This document shows positions 37,631 to 47,986 of a DNA stretch of 64,000 bases, one piece after another (the first letter of the stretch is position 1; every line of letters begins with the position of its first letter). This DNA is from an uncultured Chloroflexia bacterium (lineage in GTDB: Bacteria; Chloroflexota; Anaerolineae; Anaerolineales; E44-bin32): contig CAWBME010000007.1 in NCBI GenBank assembly GCA_963789825.1, positions 175,806 through 239,805 of the forward strand, read 5' to 3'. Both the position numbers and the translations under genes were made by a program. The notes under the pieces were generated by a model. It searched no databases and was not told where the DNA came from. It worked only from the letters and a program-made list of their open reading frames with translations.

Positions 37631-40600
37631 CTAGTCCGTCGCAGCGCGCTCGTGCTCACTCAAGCGCAACCCAATCACTTTGCTGGCCGAGTTGGTGCCC
37701 ATTGTCACCCCATAGACGATCTCCGCCGCCTGGATCGTCTGCCGGTTGTGGGTGATCACCACGAATTGGGTATGGGCGCTTAGCTCGCGCAACATGTCGC
37801 AGAACCGAATCACATTCGACTCGTCGAGCATGGCGTCGACTTCGTCGAGCACGCAGAACGGGGTTGGCGAGACCTGCAGCAAGGCGAACACCAGGGCGCA
37901 TGCCGTGAGGCTGCGCTCCCCGCCTGACAGCATGGCCAGGCCCTGCTCCCGCCGCCCAGGAAGGCGTGCCTCGATATCGATCCCGGTCGTGGTCAGGTCC
38001 CTCGGGTCGGTCAAGGTCAGCCGCGCCGAACCGCCCCCGAACAGCCGACTGAACGCCTGGCGAAAGCTGATCGCCACTGCATCGAAGGTCTTGCGAAACT
38101 CGCGTTCCATCAACGCGTCGAGTTCCGTGATTACCTCGCGCACCTGGGCCTCGGCGCTGCGCAGGTCGTCCACCTGCGAGGTCAGGAACTCCACCCGCTG
38201 GCGCACATCGAGGTATTCCCGCTGCGCTTCGACGTTAACGCTGCCCATGCGGCGCATCTGCAGCCGCAAGCGGTTGACCTGCGACTCCATCTCCAGCGGC
38301 AGCTCGTTGACCTGAGGGAGCTCCTCCACCAACCCCTCGAGCGGAAGAGGGACTGGGCCGGTGGTGCCGTCATCGTAGGCGAAGGCCACTAGACCGAAGT
38401 CATCTTCGATGCGCTGGCGCAGCCCGATCAGCTCCTGCTCGTGGCGGGCAAGCTCGATCTGCGATTGCGAGTGGCGCCGTTCGGCGGCTTGGATCTCGCC
38501 GCGCAACCGGCTCTCCTGGCCCTCGAGGTCGGTTCGCTGCGCTTCAACCGATGCCAACAACTGCTCCACCGGCGACGACTTCTCCGTCATCGCCGACAGC
38601 TCGGTTTCCAGGACGCTCAGGTCCGCTGCTGCTAGCAATTCTTCCTCTCGGGTAGCAAGCTGACTGCGCCGGGTTTCCTCCAACCGCTCACCGAGCGCCA
38701 GCAGCGCCCTATCGGCGACCGCCACACGCCCCCGGGCGTCCTCCAGCCGGACGGCAGCCTCCTCCGAAGCCAGGCTTAGGCCTTCCCGCCGCGCGGCGAG
38801 TTGAGCGATGTGAGCCGCCGCTCGCTGCGGGTCGCTGGCCAGCTGCGCGGCCTGCAAGTCCTCCGTCCAGCCCTGCCTCTGGGACTCGAGCTCGGCGATC
38901 CCCTGTTGCGCCCCGGAGAGCATCGTTTCGAGCCGGGACTTCTCCGCGTTCAGCTCGCGCTGTTGCGCCTCCAGCAGCTCGAGGTCACGCTGCATCGCCT
39001 GCGCCGCCACCCGCCCTTGCTCGGCCTCTCGCTCGGCCTGCAGCAGTTGCGCCAGCGCCGTTTCGCGTCGCGCCTGCGTCTCCGTCACTTCGATCTGACG
39101 TTCCTGCGTCTGCGCCTCGGCTGCAGCGAGCCGGGTGTGGGTCTCGGCAGCAAGCGCCCGAGCCTTCTCGAGGGCTGCCTCCGACTGGCGGGCATCCGGC
39201 GGATCCTGCCGGCTGCGACGCAAGACGGCGCCGCTCGGGTAGTACAGGAAGCCGGCGAGCGTGACCAGCCGGCCACCCGCCGGAAGGTCGCCGGTCAGCC
39301 TGCGCGCTTGCTCGCGGTCGCCGACGACCCAGGTCGACGAGAGCAACCATTCCAACATCGGTCGATGGGCAGCATCCGCGCGGACCAGATCACAGGCGCG
39401 GCCAATGGCGCTCTCATCCAAGGGACAGGGCGTGCGCGGCGGCGGGGCAGTTACGGCCAGCGGCAACGCCGCCGCCTGCCCGGATCGTCCGTCCGCCTCG
39501 AGCCAGCGCATCATCGCCTCGACGTCCTCCGGGCGGCTGACGAGCTGCGCCTGAGCGAAATCGCCGAGTGCCGCCCGGATCGCCAGACGATGGTCCGCCT
39601 CGACCGTGCAGAAATCGAGCAGCCGGCCCACCCAACCGGGGAGCTCGCCCTTCTGCCCGGCGGCGTGCAGCCCTTCCGCCAGCGACCAGGCATCCAATCC
39701 CCCCTTGGCCAGGAAATCGGTTTCGGCCTGGCGGGCAGCAACCCCCTGATCGTATCGGGCGGCCTCCAGGCGCAGGTGATCGACCCCGGCACGTGCGGCT
39801 ACCAGGTTGGCCTGAAGGCTGCGCTCGGCCTCCGCCTCGACCTCGAGCGCCCGCCGCTTCTCCTCCCGCCGATCGGCGGACTGCTCCGCCGCGAGCGAGA
39901 GCTGGTCGAACCGCGCGCTGGTCTCTCCAAGCCGTACGCCGAGCTCCTGGATGCGAGCGGCCAGGGCGGTGAGGGACTCCTGCGCCTGTCCCAGGCGCGC
40001 CTGGGCTGCGGCGAGTTCGCCGAAGCTTCGTTCGAGCCGCCCTCGCAGGTCCTCGGCGCGGGCATGCGCCGCCAGCCCGGCATCCTCCGGCCAAGCGTCC
40101 GGGCGACTCAGGCGCTCGATCTCAGCCTGAACAGCCTGCAGGGCCTGTGCGCGTTCGCTGATCTCTCCCTCGACCGCAACCAGGCGCGCCGCCGCCTCTC
40201 GCTGCTCCTCGAGGGCGGCTTCGACCTCGAGGGTCACGGCCTGCTCGCGTTCTCCCGTCCAGCGCAGCCGTTCGCCGGCCACAGCCAGGCGACGCCCCAG
40301 CGCCTCACGACGCGCGAACAGCGCCGTGAGCTCTTCGGAGGCGCGGTGCAGCTCCGCCCGAAGGCGGTCGATCTCGAGGCGGGCTTCGGCCAGGCGCTGG
40401 TCCGTCTCCTCCTGGCGCTGGCGTACCTGCTCGCGGGCGACAGCCTGCGCCGCAGCCTCATGGCGGCTGGCGGTCGACGATGCGCTGCGCCACAGACCAG
40501 TGGTAGCCATACCACAAGCGCAGCGATTCCCGCAGATCCTTGCGGACCTGTTCGAATTCCTCGGCGCGCTTGGCCTGCTTCTCCAGGCTGCGCAGACGCG

Positions 40601-41219
40601 GCTTGAGCTCGGCCAGGATGTCTTGAACGCGGTCGAGGTTGCGCTCGGTCGTTTCCAGCCGCCGCAAGGCCTCCTCGCGGCGCGCCCGATACAGCCCGAT
40701 TCCGGCGGCTTCCTCGAACAGCCGCCGTCGATCCTCCGCCCGCAGCGAGAGCACGGCATCGACCAATCCCTGGCCGATGATGGTGTAGGTACGCTGCGCC
40801 AGCCCGACTTCGGACAACAGTTCGTGTACCTGGCGCAGCCGCACGCGCTGCCCATTGAGCAGGTACTCATTCTGCCCATCGCGGTAGGCTCGGCGGGCGA
40901 TGGTCACCTCGCCGAAGTCAATGGGCAGCCAGCCCTGGCTGTTGTCGAAGGTGATCGCCGCGCTCGCCATGCTGGCGCGGGCGCGGGACTCCGATCCCTG
41001 ATAGATCATGTCCTCGGTCTTCTTGCCGCGCAGCAGGGCGTAGGATTGCTCACCCAGCACCCAGCGCATGGCGTCGGCGATGTTCGATTTCCCCGATCCG
41101 TTCGGGCCGACAATCGCGGTGATCGCCGACGAGAACTCAAAGTCCACCCGGCTGGCAAAGGTCTTGTACCCTTGCAGCTCGAGGGATTTCAGCCGGGCTT
41201 GACCGTCGGTCTTATCCAC
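37631..41219 (-). CDS. smc: chromosome segregation protein SMC (frame disrupted near 40480)
   Basis: N-terminus LKSLELQGYKTFASRVDFEFSSAITAIVGPNGSGKSNIADAMRWVLGEQS (Walker A). Long coiled coils follow. C-terminus LSGGERSLTACALVFALLQVSPTPFCVLDEVDAMLDESN (signature and Walker B). The two halves are ORFs 40458-41219 and 37631-40879. Confidence 0.9.
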
Positions 41220-41229
41220 TCGCTCTGTC

Positions 41230-41925
41230 CTAGGCAGGGGACCCTTGTCCCAGGTCGCGCAAGGCGAGCATCGCAGCCTGGCGCGCGGCTTCCTGCTTGC
41301 TCTTGCCGGTTCCTTCCGCCATCACGTTGTCTCCGACTAGCACCTGCACGGTGAATTGTCGATCGTGGTCCGGTCCGCTGCTCCCCACGGTCCGATAGCG
41401 TGGAGTTTCCCGGTGCTCCGCCTGGGCCCAGATCTGCAGCTGGCTGCGCGGATCGAGCTCGGACTCATCTTCGACGATCGCCGTGATCGCCCGCTCCAGC
41501 CGAGGCTCGAGGAACGATTGGACCGCCGGCAGGCCGGCGTCAAGGTACAGCGCCCCGAGAACGGCCTCGAACGCACCGCATAGCAGGGCCGGGCGCTGAC
41601 GGCCTCCCGATGCCTCCTCGCCCTTCCCCAGCAACAGCTCCTCCCCCAGGCCGATTTCTTGGGCGAAGACCGCAAGCTGCTCGGTGCACACCAGCGCCGA
41701 ACGGATGCGAGTGAGCTTGCCCTCATCGGTTCCCGGAAACCGGCGGAATAGGATGGCAGCGCTCAGGAAATCCAATGCGGCATCGCCGAGGAACTCCAGG
41801 CGCTCGTTGTCCTCCACCGAATCGCTGTGCTCGTTCACAAACGAGCGATGGGTCAGCGCCGACTGCAGCAGGGCAAGATCGCGCATCGGCAGCCCGGCCC
41901 GCCGGGCAAACGCTTCGGAAGACAC
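41230..41925 (-). CDS. rnc: ribonuclease III
   Basis: LLQSALTHRSF...NERLEFLGDAAL is the RNase III signature, followed by a C-terminal dsRBD (GPDHDRQFTVQVLVGD...GKSKQEAARQAA). Confidence 0.9.
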   Translation of the reverse strand: MSSEAFARRAGLPMRDLALLQSALTHRSFVNEHSDSVEDNERLEFLGDAALDFLSAAILFRRFPGTDEGKLTRIRSALVCTEQLAVFAQEIGLGEELLLGKGEEASGGRQRPALLCGAFEAVLGALYLDAGLPAVQSFLEPRLERAITAIVEDESELDPRSQLQIWAQAEHRETPRYRTVGSSGPDHDRQFTVQVLVGDNVMAEGTGKSKQEAARQAAMLALRDLGQGSPA

Positions 41926-42015
41926 TTCAGCTCTCCATGAACTTGGGGGGCGCCGCTAACCCAGAGCTGCCTGCGTTGTCCGCGCCCCACCCGTTCCTAC
42001 GGGATGGATAGGATT

Positions 42016-43254
42016 CTACCCAGCGAACCGCCGGATGGCCAGCACCGAATTATGCCCTCCAAACCCGAAGGCGTTGCTCAGCGCCACCTCGACCTTGGCC
42101 GCCCGGGCCACATTGGGCACATAGTCCAGGTCGCACGCCGGGTCCGGCGTCTCGTAGTGGATGGTTGGAGGGATGCGCTCGGTCCGAATGGCCTGCACGC
42201 ACACGATCGCCTCCAGTGCACCGGTCGCGCCCATCATGTGGCCGGTCATCGACTTGGTCGAACTGACCGGGATCCGGTAGGCCGCCTCACCCAAGGCAGC
42301 CTTGATCGCTTCCGTCTCCGCCAGGTCGTTAAGCTCTGTCCCGGTCCCATGGGCGTTGATGTAGTCGACCTCCTCCGCCGCCAAGCCGGCATCGGCCAGC
42401 GCCAGGCGAATGGCAGCGGCACCCCCTTCCCCGTGCTCCGCCGGAGCAGTAATGTGAAAGGCGTCGGCCGTGGAGCCGTGTCCGACAAGCTCCGCCAGCA
42501 GCGGCGCGCCGCGGGCCTGGGCATGCTCCAAGCGTTCAAGGACCACGATCCCAGCCCCCTCGGCCATCACCAGCCCGTGCCGGTTCTTGTCGAACGGCGC
42601 CGGGGTCATGCTGTAGTCCTCGTTGCGTCGCGAGAGAGCTCCTGTGCGATCAAAGGGAAGCACACCGAAGAGGGAAAGCGTCGCTTCGGACGCCCCGGCG
42701 ACGGCCGCGTCCGCCAGGCCATTGCGGATCAGCAACCGGGCGAGTCCGATGGCATCCGACCCGGAAGCGCAGGCGGAGGCAACCGAGAAGGTCGGACCGC
42801 GGAATCCGTAGTCGATCCCAACCAGGCCGGCGGCGCCGTTGGACATCATCATCGGGATGTAGAACGGGCTGATCTTCCGCGGCCCCTGCTCGATCAACGT
42901 GCGGAAGCCGGTCTCAATGGTGTTCAGCCCGCCGATTGCCGACGAGATGACGACCGCCACCCGGGCGTCATCGACCTGACCGTGGAGGCCAGCTTGATGG
43001 AGAGCCTCTTTGGCGGCGGCGCTAGCCAGCTGCTGGAATCGATCCCTGCGGCGCGCATCCTTCGGGTCCATGTAATGCTCGGGCGCCCAATTCTTCACCT
43101 CGGCCGCGATCCGCACCTGCAGCTCGCTGGCATCGAACAGCGTGATCGGTCCCACCCCGGACCTTCCGGCGCACAGACTCTCCCAGGTCTCCGCCACCGA
43201 CTGTCCGACGGGGTTGACCGTGCCCATCCCGGTGATGACCACCCGATGCGTCAC
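42016..43254 (-). CDS. fabF: beta-ketoacyl-ACP synthase II
   Basis: MTHRVVITGMGTVNPVG...SACASGSDAIG (active-site Cys)...NAHGTGT...SNAFGFGGHN. Confidence 0.9.
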   Translation of the reverse strand: MTHRVVITGMGTVNPVGQSVAETWESLCAGRSGVGPITLFDASELQVRIAAEVKNWAPEHYMDPKDARRRDRFQQLASAAAKEALHQAGLHGQVDDARVAVVISSAIGGLNTIETGFRTLIEQGPRKISPFYIPMMMSNGAAGLVGIDYGFRGPTFSVASACASGSDAIGLARLLIRNGLADAAVAGASEATLSLFGVLPFDRTGALSRRNEDYSMTPAPFDKNRHGLVMAEGAGIVVLERLEHAQARGAPLLAELVGHGSTADAFHITAPAEHGEGGAAAIRLALADAGLAAEEVDYINAHGTGTELNDLAETEAIKAALGEAAYRIPVSSTKSMTGHMMGATGALEAIVCVQAIRTERIPPTIHYETPDPACDLDYVPNVARAAKVEVALSNAFGFGGHNSVLAIRRFAG

Positions 43255-43305
43255 TGACCTGCCTCCATCTGGTAGGTATGCAACTTCTCCCGATCCCCGC
43301 CTTGC

Positions 43306-44418
43306 TCAGCGGCGCGCCTTCCACCCGGCGCCGGTGAGCACGGCCACGACCGGGGGCTCGAGCGCCGCCGCCAGATCGTCAAGCGCCGGCCAGACCACGG
43401 CCGAGGTCGGCTCGAGGTCGATGCCAGCGGCAGCCAACTGCTGTTGCGCCGCCTCGATCCGGTCGTCCTCGACGATGGTCATGGCGCCCTGCGACCGCTC
43501 GATGGCTCTGAGCACCTCATCGCCTCGCAACGGGGTGCGGACGCGGATCCCCTCAGCCAGTGTCTCCCCCTCCGCCACGAGCGTCAGAGCCGCTGCGCCG
43601 CCATGGAACACCGCCCACACGGGCGCGCAGGCGGCGGCCTGCACACCAAAGAGCCGCGGCAAGTGCTCGATCCTGCCGTGGCGCATCAGGGCCTCGAAGC
43701 CGAGCGACAGTCCGAGCAGCAGCGAGCCATGGCCGACCGGTGCGATGATCGATCCCGGCCGACGCCCAAGCTGCTCGAAGATCTCGTAGGCGATCGTGGC
43801 GTATCCCCCGAGGGCATGCGGCTGGTAGACATGGCTGGCGTATACCGCACCCTGCTCCACCGCTGCCAGCACGGCTGCGGCAGCCTGTGAACGCGGTCCG
43901 GCCACGGCTACCACTTCCGCCCCGTATGCCGCGATCTGCTGCCGCTTGGGACCAGAGGCTGAAGCCGGCACGAAGATCCTGGCGGCGATCCCCAGCCGGG
44001 CGGCATATCCTGCCAGCGACGCACCGGCATTGCCCGAGGAGTCTTCGACCACCTGGCGGACGCCGGCGTGAGCCAGTGCACTGGCTAGCACCACGGTGCC
44101 GCGGTCTTTGTAGGACCCCGTCGGATTCAGGTACTCAAGTTTGCAGTGCACCGGCTGACGGGCGTGGTCGACGGTCACCAACGGCGTGTTGCCTTCACCC
44201 AGGGTGGTCAGCGGGATGCTTGCGGCGAGGGGGAGCGCCGCCCGGTAGCGCTGCAGCCCCCCGGCGCCAGTGGGTCCCCAAGAATCCGGCAAAGCGATCG
44301 CTGCGTCCGGGAGGGTGAATATGCCGCCGCACGCTGGGCACTGATGAGGGAAGCCAGTTGCTGGATGGGCCTTACCGCACCCAAGACAGCAGAAAGCGGA
44401 AGCGGGGTCGGCAGTCAT
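43306..44418 (-). CDS. thrC: threonine synthase (short form with N-terminal Cys4 ribbon)
   Basis: CCLGCGKAH...CPACGG; LEYLNPTGSYKDRG (PLP-Lys motif); DSSGNAG. Its ATG overlaps the moaD/E stop (ATGA at 44415-44418). Confidence 0.8.
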   Translation of the reverse strand: MTADPASAFCCLGCGKAHPATGFPHQCPACGGIFTLPDAAIALPDSWGPTGAGGLQRYRAALPLAASIPLTTLGEGNTPLVTVDHARQPVHCKLEYLNPTGSYKDRGTVVLASALAHAGVRQVVEDSSGNAGASLAGYAARLGIAARIFVPASASGPKRQQIAAYGAEVVAVAGPRSQAAAAVLAAVEQGAVYASHVYQPHALGGYATIAYEIFEQLGRRPGSIIAPVGHGSLLLGLSLGFEALMRHGRIEHLPRLFGVQAAACAPVWAVFHGGAAALTLVAEGETLAEGIRVRTPLRGDEVLRAIERSQGAMTIVEDDRIEAAQQQLAAAGIDLEPTSAVVWPALDDLAAALEPPVVAVLTGAGWKARR

Positions 44419-45128
44419 CGCCGCCGATCGTCCGAGGTCGGCGTGTAGGCACCCTCGACCCAAGTCGCGGTTCCCGGGCCGACCTCTCGCTTCCACACCG
44501 GCACGATCTGCTTCAGCCGGTCGATGCCGTAGCGGGCGGCTTCGAAGACCCCGGTATCGCGGTGGGCCGCGGTGCAGGCGATCAGGACGGTGGGTGTCCC
44601 CGGCAGCAGGCGGCCGATGCGCTGCACCAGCCCGATGCCCTCGATGGCCGGCCACTGACGGCGGATCTCCTCGGCGACCTGCGCCAGCTTCTCGCGCGCC
44701 ATCTCGGGGTACGCTTCGTAGTCAAGGTGGAGCGTGTGATGCGGCGCCTCGCCGCGGGTCTCTTGGCGCACCACGCCGCTGAAGACGCAGGCCGCCCCGG
44801 TGGTCGGCAGGGTAAGGGCGGCCAAGAGCGAGTCGATGTCCAGCGCTTCTTCGGTCAGCAGGACCACGGTCGGGGAATCTGAGCCGCCGCTGACCGGCGG
44901 GAAGACTGCGACTTCGTCTCCGGGCTGGAGGCGGCGGCTGCGATCGGTGAACTCGCGGTTGACAGCCAGCACGGCTGAGGGAAGCGCGGCCTCGATCGCC
45001 GGGTGCAAGGCGGTAAGCGCCGAGAGCAGATCGTCCAGCGAGGCATCCTGCGCCACCGACACGAACTCACTGGCCACGCCGGCCTGCTGCTTTAGGGTGG
45101 CGAAATACAGCACCTTGATCTGCAGCAC
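44415..45128 (-). CDS. MoaD-MoaE fusion (molybdopterin synthase sulfur-carrier plus catalytic subunit)
   Basis: The N-terminal 80 aa, MLQIKVLYFATLKQQAG...GDEVAVFPPVSGG, are MoaD with the terminal GG. After the linker SDSPT comes MoaE: ...GAACVFSGVVRQETRG...LDYEAYPEMA...IACTAAHRDTGVFEAARYGIDRLKQIVPVWKRE. Confidence 0.8.
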   Translation of the reverse strand: MLQIKVLYFATLKQQAGVASEFVSVAQDASLDDLLSALTALHPAIEAALPSAVLAVNREFTDRSRRLQPGDEVAVFPPVSGGSDSPTVVLLTEEALDIDSLLAALTLPTTGAACVFSGVVRQETRGEAPHHTLHLDYEAYPEMAREKLAQVAEEIRRQWPAIEGIGLVQRIGRLLPGTPTVLIACTAAHRDTGVFEAARYGIDRLKQIVPVWKREVGPGTATWVEGAYTPTSDDRRR

Positions 45129-45131
45129 GCG

Positions 45132-45614
45132 CTACTCCAGACGGATGTCGCCGCTGCGTCCGCCGCGCTTGGCCACCAGCCGCACATCCGTGATGCGCGC
45201 CGTGCGATCGATGCCCTTGATCATGTCGTAGACGGTCAGGCAGGCGACGGTGACCGCGGTCAGTGCTTCCATCTCTACCCCGGTCCGCCCGAAGGACTGG
45301 ACCGTCGCTTCGACCTGCATTCCGCTGGGGAACTCGCTCGGCTCCACCTGGACGTCGACGTGCGTCAGGCTGATGGGGTGACACAAGGGAATCAATTCGG
45401 ACGTGCGCTTGGCGGCCTGGATTCCCGCCAGGCGTGCCACCGCCCGCACGTCCCCCTTCTTCGTGTCGCCCGCCAGCACGGCGGCCAGGGTTGTGTCCGA
45501 GAAGATCACCCTGCCACGCGCCACGGCGGCGCGCTCGGTCTCGCTCTTGCCGCCGACGTCCACCATGCGCGCCTGGCCGGACGGGTCGAGGTGGGAAAGC
45601 GGGGACTGGCTCAT
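45132..45614 (-). CDS. moaC: cyclic pyranopterin monophosphate synthase MoaC
   Basis: LSHLDPSGQARMVDVGGK...KGDVRAVARLAGIQAAKRTSELIPLCHP...VGVEMEALTAV. Confidence 0.9.
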   Translation of the reverse strand: MSQSPLSHLDPSGQARMVDVGGKSETERAAVARGRVIFSDTTLAAVLAGDTKKGDVRAVARLAGIQAAKRTSELIPLCHPISLTHVDVQVEPSEFPSGMQVEATVQSFGRTGVEMEALTAVTVACLTVYDMIKGIDRTARITDVRLVAKRGGRSGDIRLE

Positions 45615-45621
45615 GGCCGGG

Positions 45622-45627
45622 ATTATA
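45622..45627 (-). promoter_or_regulatory. -10 hexamer TATAAT 7 nt upstream of the moaC ATG (leaderless candidate)
   Basis: The minus strand reads GGGATATAATCCCGGCCATG. No SD is possible in the 7-nt gap. Confidence 0.4.
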
Positions 45628-45674
45628 TCCCGGCGGATGGCCAGCGCACCCTGGGCGGCCGCCGGCCGGCCGCC

Positions 45675-45726
45675 TTGACAGTCCCCTGCGCGTGCTATAA
45701 TCCTTCAGCCTGCCATTCGGCAGGCT
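45675..45726 (+). promoter_or_regulatory. rpmF promoter plus 5'-terminal leader hairpin
   Basis: TTGACA (45675-80), a 15-nt spacer, TGcTATAAT (-10 at 45696-701). The hairpin AGCCTGCC-attc-GGCAGGCT is at 45707-26. GAGGAG lies 7 nt before the ATG at 45760. Confidence 0.5.
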
Positions 45727-45759
45727 CTCTTATGAAGACACACTACGAGGAGTTGGACG

Positions 45760-45945
45760 ATGCCGCCTCTGCCCAAGCGAAAAATATCCAAAGGACGCCG
45801 GGATCGCCGCCGGGCACATGACGCCATCAGCCCTCCGGCCCTGGTGACCTGCTCCAACTGCGGCGAGAAGCGCCAGCCCCACCACATGTGCCCGAACTGC
45901 GGGCACTATGCGGGCAAGGAAGTCGTCGAGATCAAGCGCGACTAG
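45760..45945 (+). CDS. rpmF: 50S ribosomal protein L32
   Basis: MPPLPKRKISKGRRDRRRAH...CSNCGEKRQPHHMCPNCGHY is L32 with a Cys4 zinc knuckle. Confidence 0.9.
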   Translation: MPPLPKRKISKGRRDRRRAHDAISPPALVTCSNCGEKRQPHHMCPNCGHYAGKEVVEIKRD

Positions 45946-45990
45946 CGCATGGCGCCAAGCCAGCCTGAGCGGGCGCGAGCAGGCAACCGC

Positions 45991-46935
45991 ATGGCCATCG
46001 ATCTCAACAAGTCGGCTTTCCTCTTCCCCGGTCAAGGCTCACAGTACGTTGGCATGGGCCAGGCGTTGGCCCAGCGGGAACCGCTAGCGGCCCAGGTGTT
46101 CGCCCAGGCGGACTCGATGCTGGGCTTCAGCCTGAGCCAGCTGTGCTGGCACGGCCCCGCCGACGACCTCAACGATACGGCCTTCACGCAGCCAGCGATC
46201 TTCACCCATTCGATCGCCCTGCTGCGCGTGCTACAGGCCCGCCTGCCGGGCGTAGCCCCGGCGGCGGCGGCCGGACATTCGATGGGGGAGATCAGCGCCC
46301 TCGTCGCCGGGGACTCACTGTCCTTCGAAGATGGGCTGGCTCTGGTGCGTGAGCGCGGACTGGCGATGAAGCAGGCCGGAGAGCGACTTCCGGGCGGCAT
46401 GGCCGCCGTGCTCGGGTTGGACCTCGAACGTGTGGAGCAGGTCTGCGCGCTTGCCTCCCAGAACACCCGTTCCGTGATCGGCGTGGCGAACGACAACTCC
46501 CCTGGCCAGGTGGTGATCTCGGGTGATGAGGCAGGGCTGCTGCAGGCTATGGACTTGCTCAAGCAGGCCGGGGCGCGCAAGGTAGTCCGGCTGGCCGTCA
46601 GCATCGCTGCCCACTCCCCGCTGATGGCCTCGGCACAGGAACAATTCGGCCGGGCCGTCGAACGGGCCCAGCTCCGCCCGGCGAGCATTCCGGTGTATGG
46701 CAACGTCGACGCCGCCCCGCTGCAGAGTGCAGCCTCGATCGAGCAGGATCTGCGCAATCAACTGACCATGCGGGTTCGCTGGACGGAGACCATCCGCCGT
46801 CTGCCCGCGGCCGGTGTGACCAGCCTGCTGGAAGTTGGCCCCGGGAATGTGCTCACCAGCCTGGCGAAGCGCATCGAACCCGGGCTGCAGGCGCTGGCTC
46901 TGGATGGAGTGGATCCGGCAGCCGCGCTGGGCTGA
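45991..46935 (+). CDS. fabD: malonyl-CoA:ACP transacylase
   Basis: FLFPGQGSQYVGMG...AAGHSMGEISAL (GHSxG)...VANDNSPGQVVISG. Confidence 0.9.
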   Translation: MAIDLNKSAFLFPGQGSQYVGMGQALAQREPLAAQVFAQADSMLGFSLSQLCWHGPADDLNDTAFTQPAIFTHSIALLRVLQARLPGVAPAAAAGHSMGEISALVAGDSLSFEDGLALVRERGLAMKQAGERLPGGMAAVLGLDLERVEQVCALASQNTRSVIGVANDNSPGQVVISGDEAGLLQAMDLLKQAGARKVVRLAVSIAAHSPLMASAQEQFGRAVERAQLRPASIPVYGNVDAAPLQSAASIEQDLRNQLTMRVRWTETIRRLPAAGVTSLLEVGPGNVLTSLAKRIEPGLQALALDGVDPAAALG

Positions 46936-46960
46936 CCGGGGACACGCGCCGGCGCATCCG

Positions 46961-47986
46961 ATGAAGACGTTCTTCTTCGCCCTGGTCTTGCTGCTTGGCT
47001 TCTACTTCTTCCTCACTCGCGCCGCCGATGTTGAGCAGGTGGTGCTCACCTTGCAGCGGGGCAACTGGGTGTGGATCACCCTGGCGCTGGTTGTGCATGC
47101 CGCCTGGATCCTCAACATCGGCTCGCACCTGCGCTCGCTCTACAACTTGGTGGGCATTGACGAGAAGACCACGCGTCTGTCGATGCTGGGCACAAGCGCC
47201 GCCTTCGTGAACACTGTCGCCCCGTCGGCCGGCATGAGCGGGATGGTGGTCTTCATCACCGACAGCCGACAGCGGAACCTCCCCACCAGCCGGGTGACCG
47301 CCGCCGGTGCCCTCTACGTGATGTACGACTACCTGGCGTTCATGGCCGTGCTCGGGCTAGGGATCGCCGTCCTGATCCGACGCAACCGCCTCGGGCCGAC
47401 GGAGATTTCAGCCTCAGTCATCCTGGTTCTGATCGCCTTCGCCCTGGCGATGGTGCTGCTGACCGCCACGCGCTCGGCAGATCGCCTAGGCCGGGCCCTG
47501 GCTTGGATCGCCACCCACACCAACACCGTGCTGCGCCCGTTCATCCGGCGCGAGTACCTCAGCCCGGCGCGTGCCCACGAATTCGCCCACGACATCGGGG
47601 AGGGCCTGAGTCAGATCAGCGAGCGGCCCTCCGGCCTGCTGCTGCCCTTCGCGCTCGCCCTGAGCAAGCAAGCCCTCCTCATTACAATCTTCTTCCTGAT
47701 GTTCCTTGCCTTTCGCCAGCCGTTTTCCGTGGGAACACTGATCGCCGGCTACAGCATCGGCTACCTGTTCCTGATCGTCTCGCCCACACCGTCTGGGATC
47801 GGGTTTGTGGAAGGCTCGATGACGCTGGCCCTGGCCTCGTTCCGCATTCCATTGGCCGCGGCGGGCCTGATCACGCTGGCGTACCGAGGCATCACCCTCT
47901 GGTTGACCGTCTTGTACGGGCTGATTTGCTTCCGCCTGCTCAACCGCAAGCCAAGCCCATCGTCCGGTGCCGAGCCGCCCTCCTAA
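46961..47986 (+). CDS. flippase-like (UPF0104 / lysyl-PG synthase TM-region family) membrane protein
   Basis: 341-aa protein with about 8 TM helices. MKTFFFALVLLLGFYFFL...; C-terminal ...SPTPSGIGFVEGSMTLAL is typical of the family as I recall it. Confidence 0.5.
   Translation: MKTFFFALVLLLGFYFFLTRAADVEQVVLTLQRGNWVWITLALVVHAAWILNIGSHLRSLYNLVGIDEKTTRLSMLGTSAAFVNTVAPSAGMSGMVVFITDSRQRNLPTSRVTAAGALYVMYDYLAFMAVLGLGIAVLIRRNRLGPTEISASVILVLIAFALAMVLLTATRSADRLGRALAWIATHTNTVLRPFIRREYLSPARAHEFAHDIGEGLSQISERPSGLLLPFALALSKQALLITIFFLMFLAFRQPFSVGTLIAGYSIGYLFLIVSPTPSGIGFVEGSMTLALASFRIPLAAAGLITLAYRGITLWLTVLYGLICFRLLNRKPSPSSGAEPPS

Noticed and set aside
38801-40606. 601-aa ORF on the plus strand opposite smc
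   Set aside because: It is antisense to a gene with clear SMC motifs. The translation is R/G/P/L-rich low-complexity sequence typical of stop-poor antisense frames in high-GC DNA. There is no RBS and no recognisable family.
42004-43257. 417-aa plus-strand ORF
   Set aside because: It is antisense to fabF.
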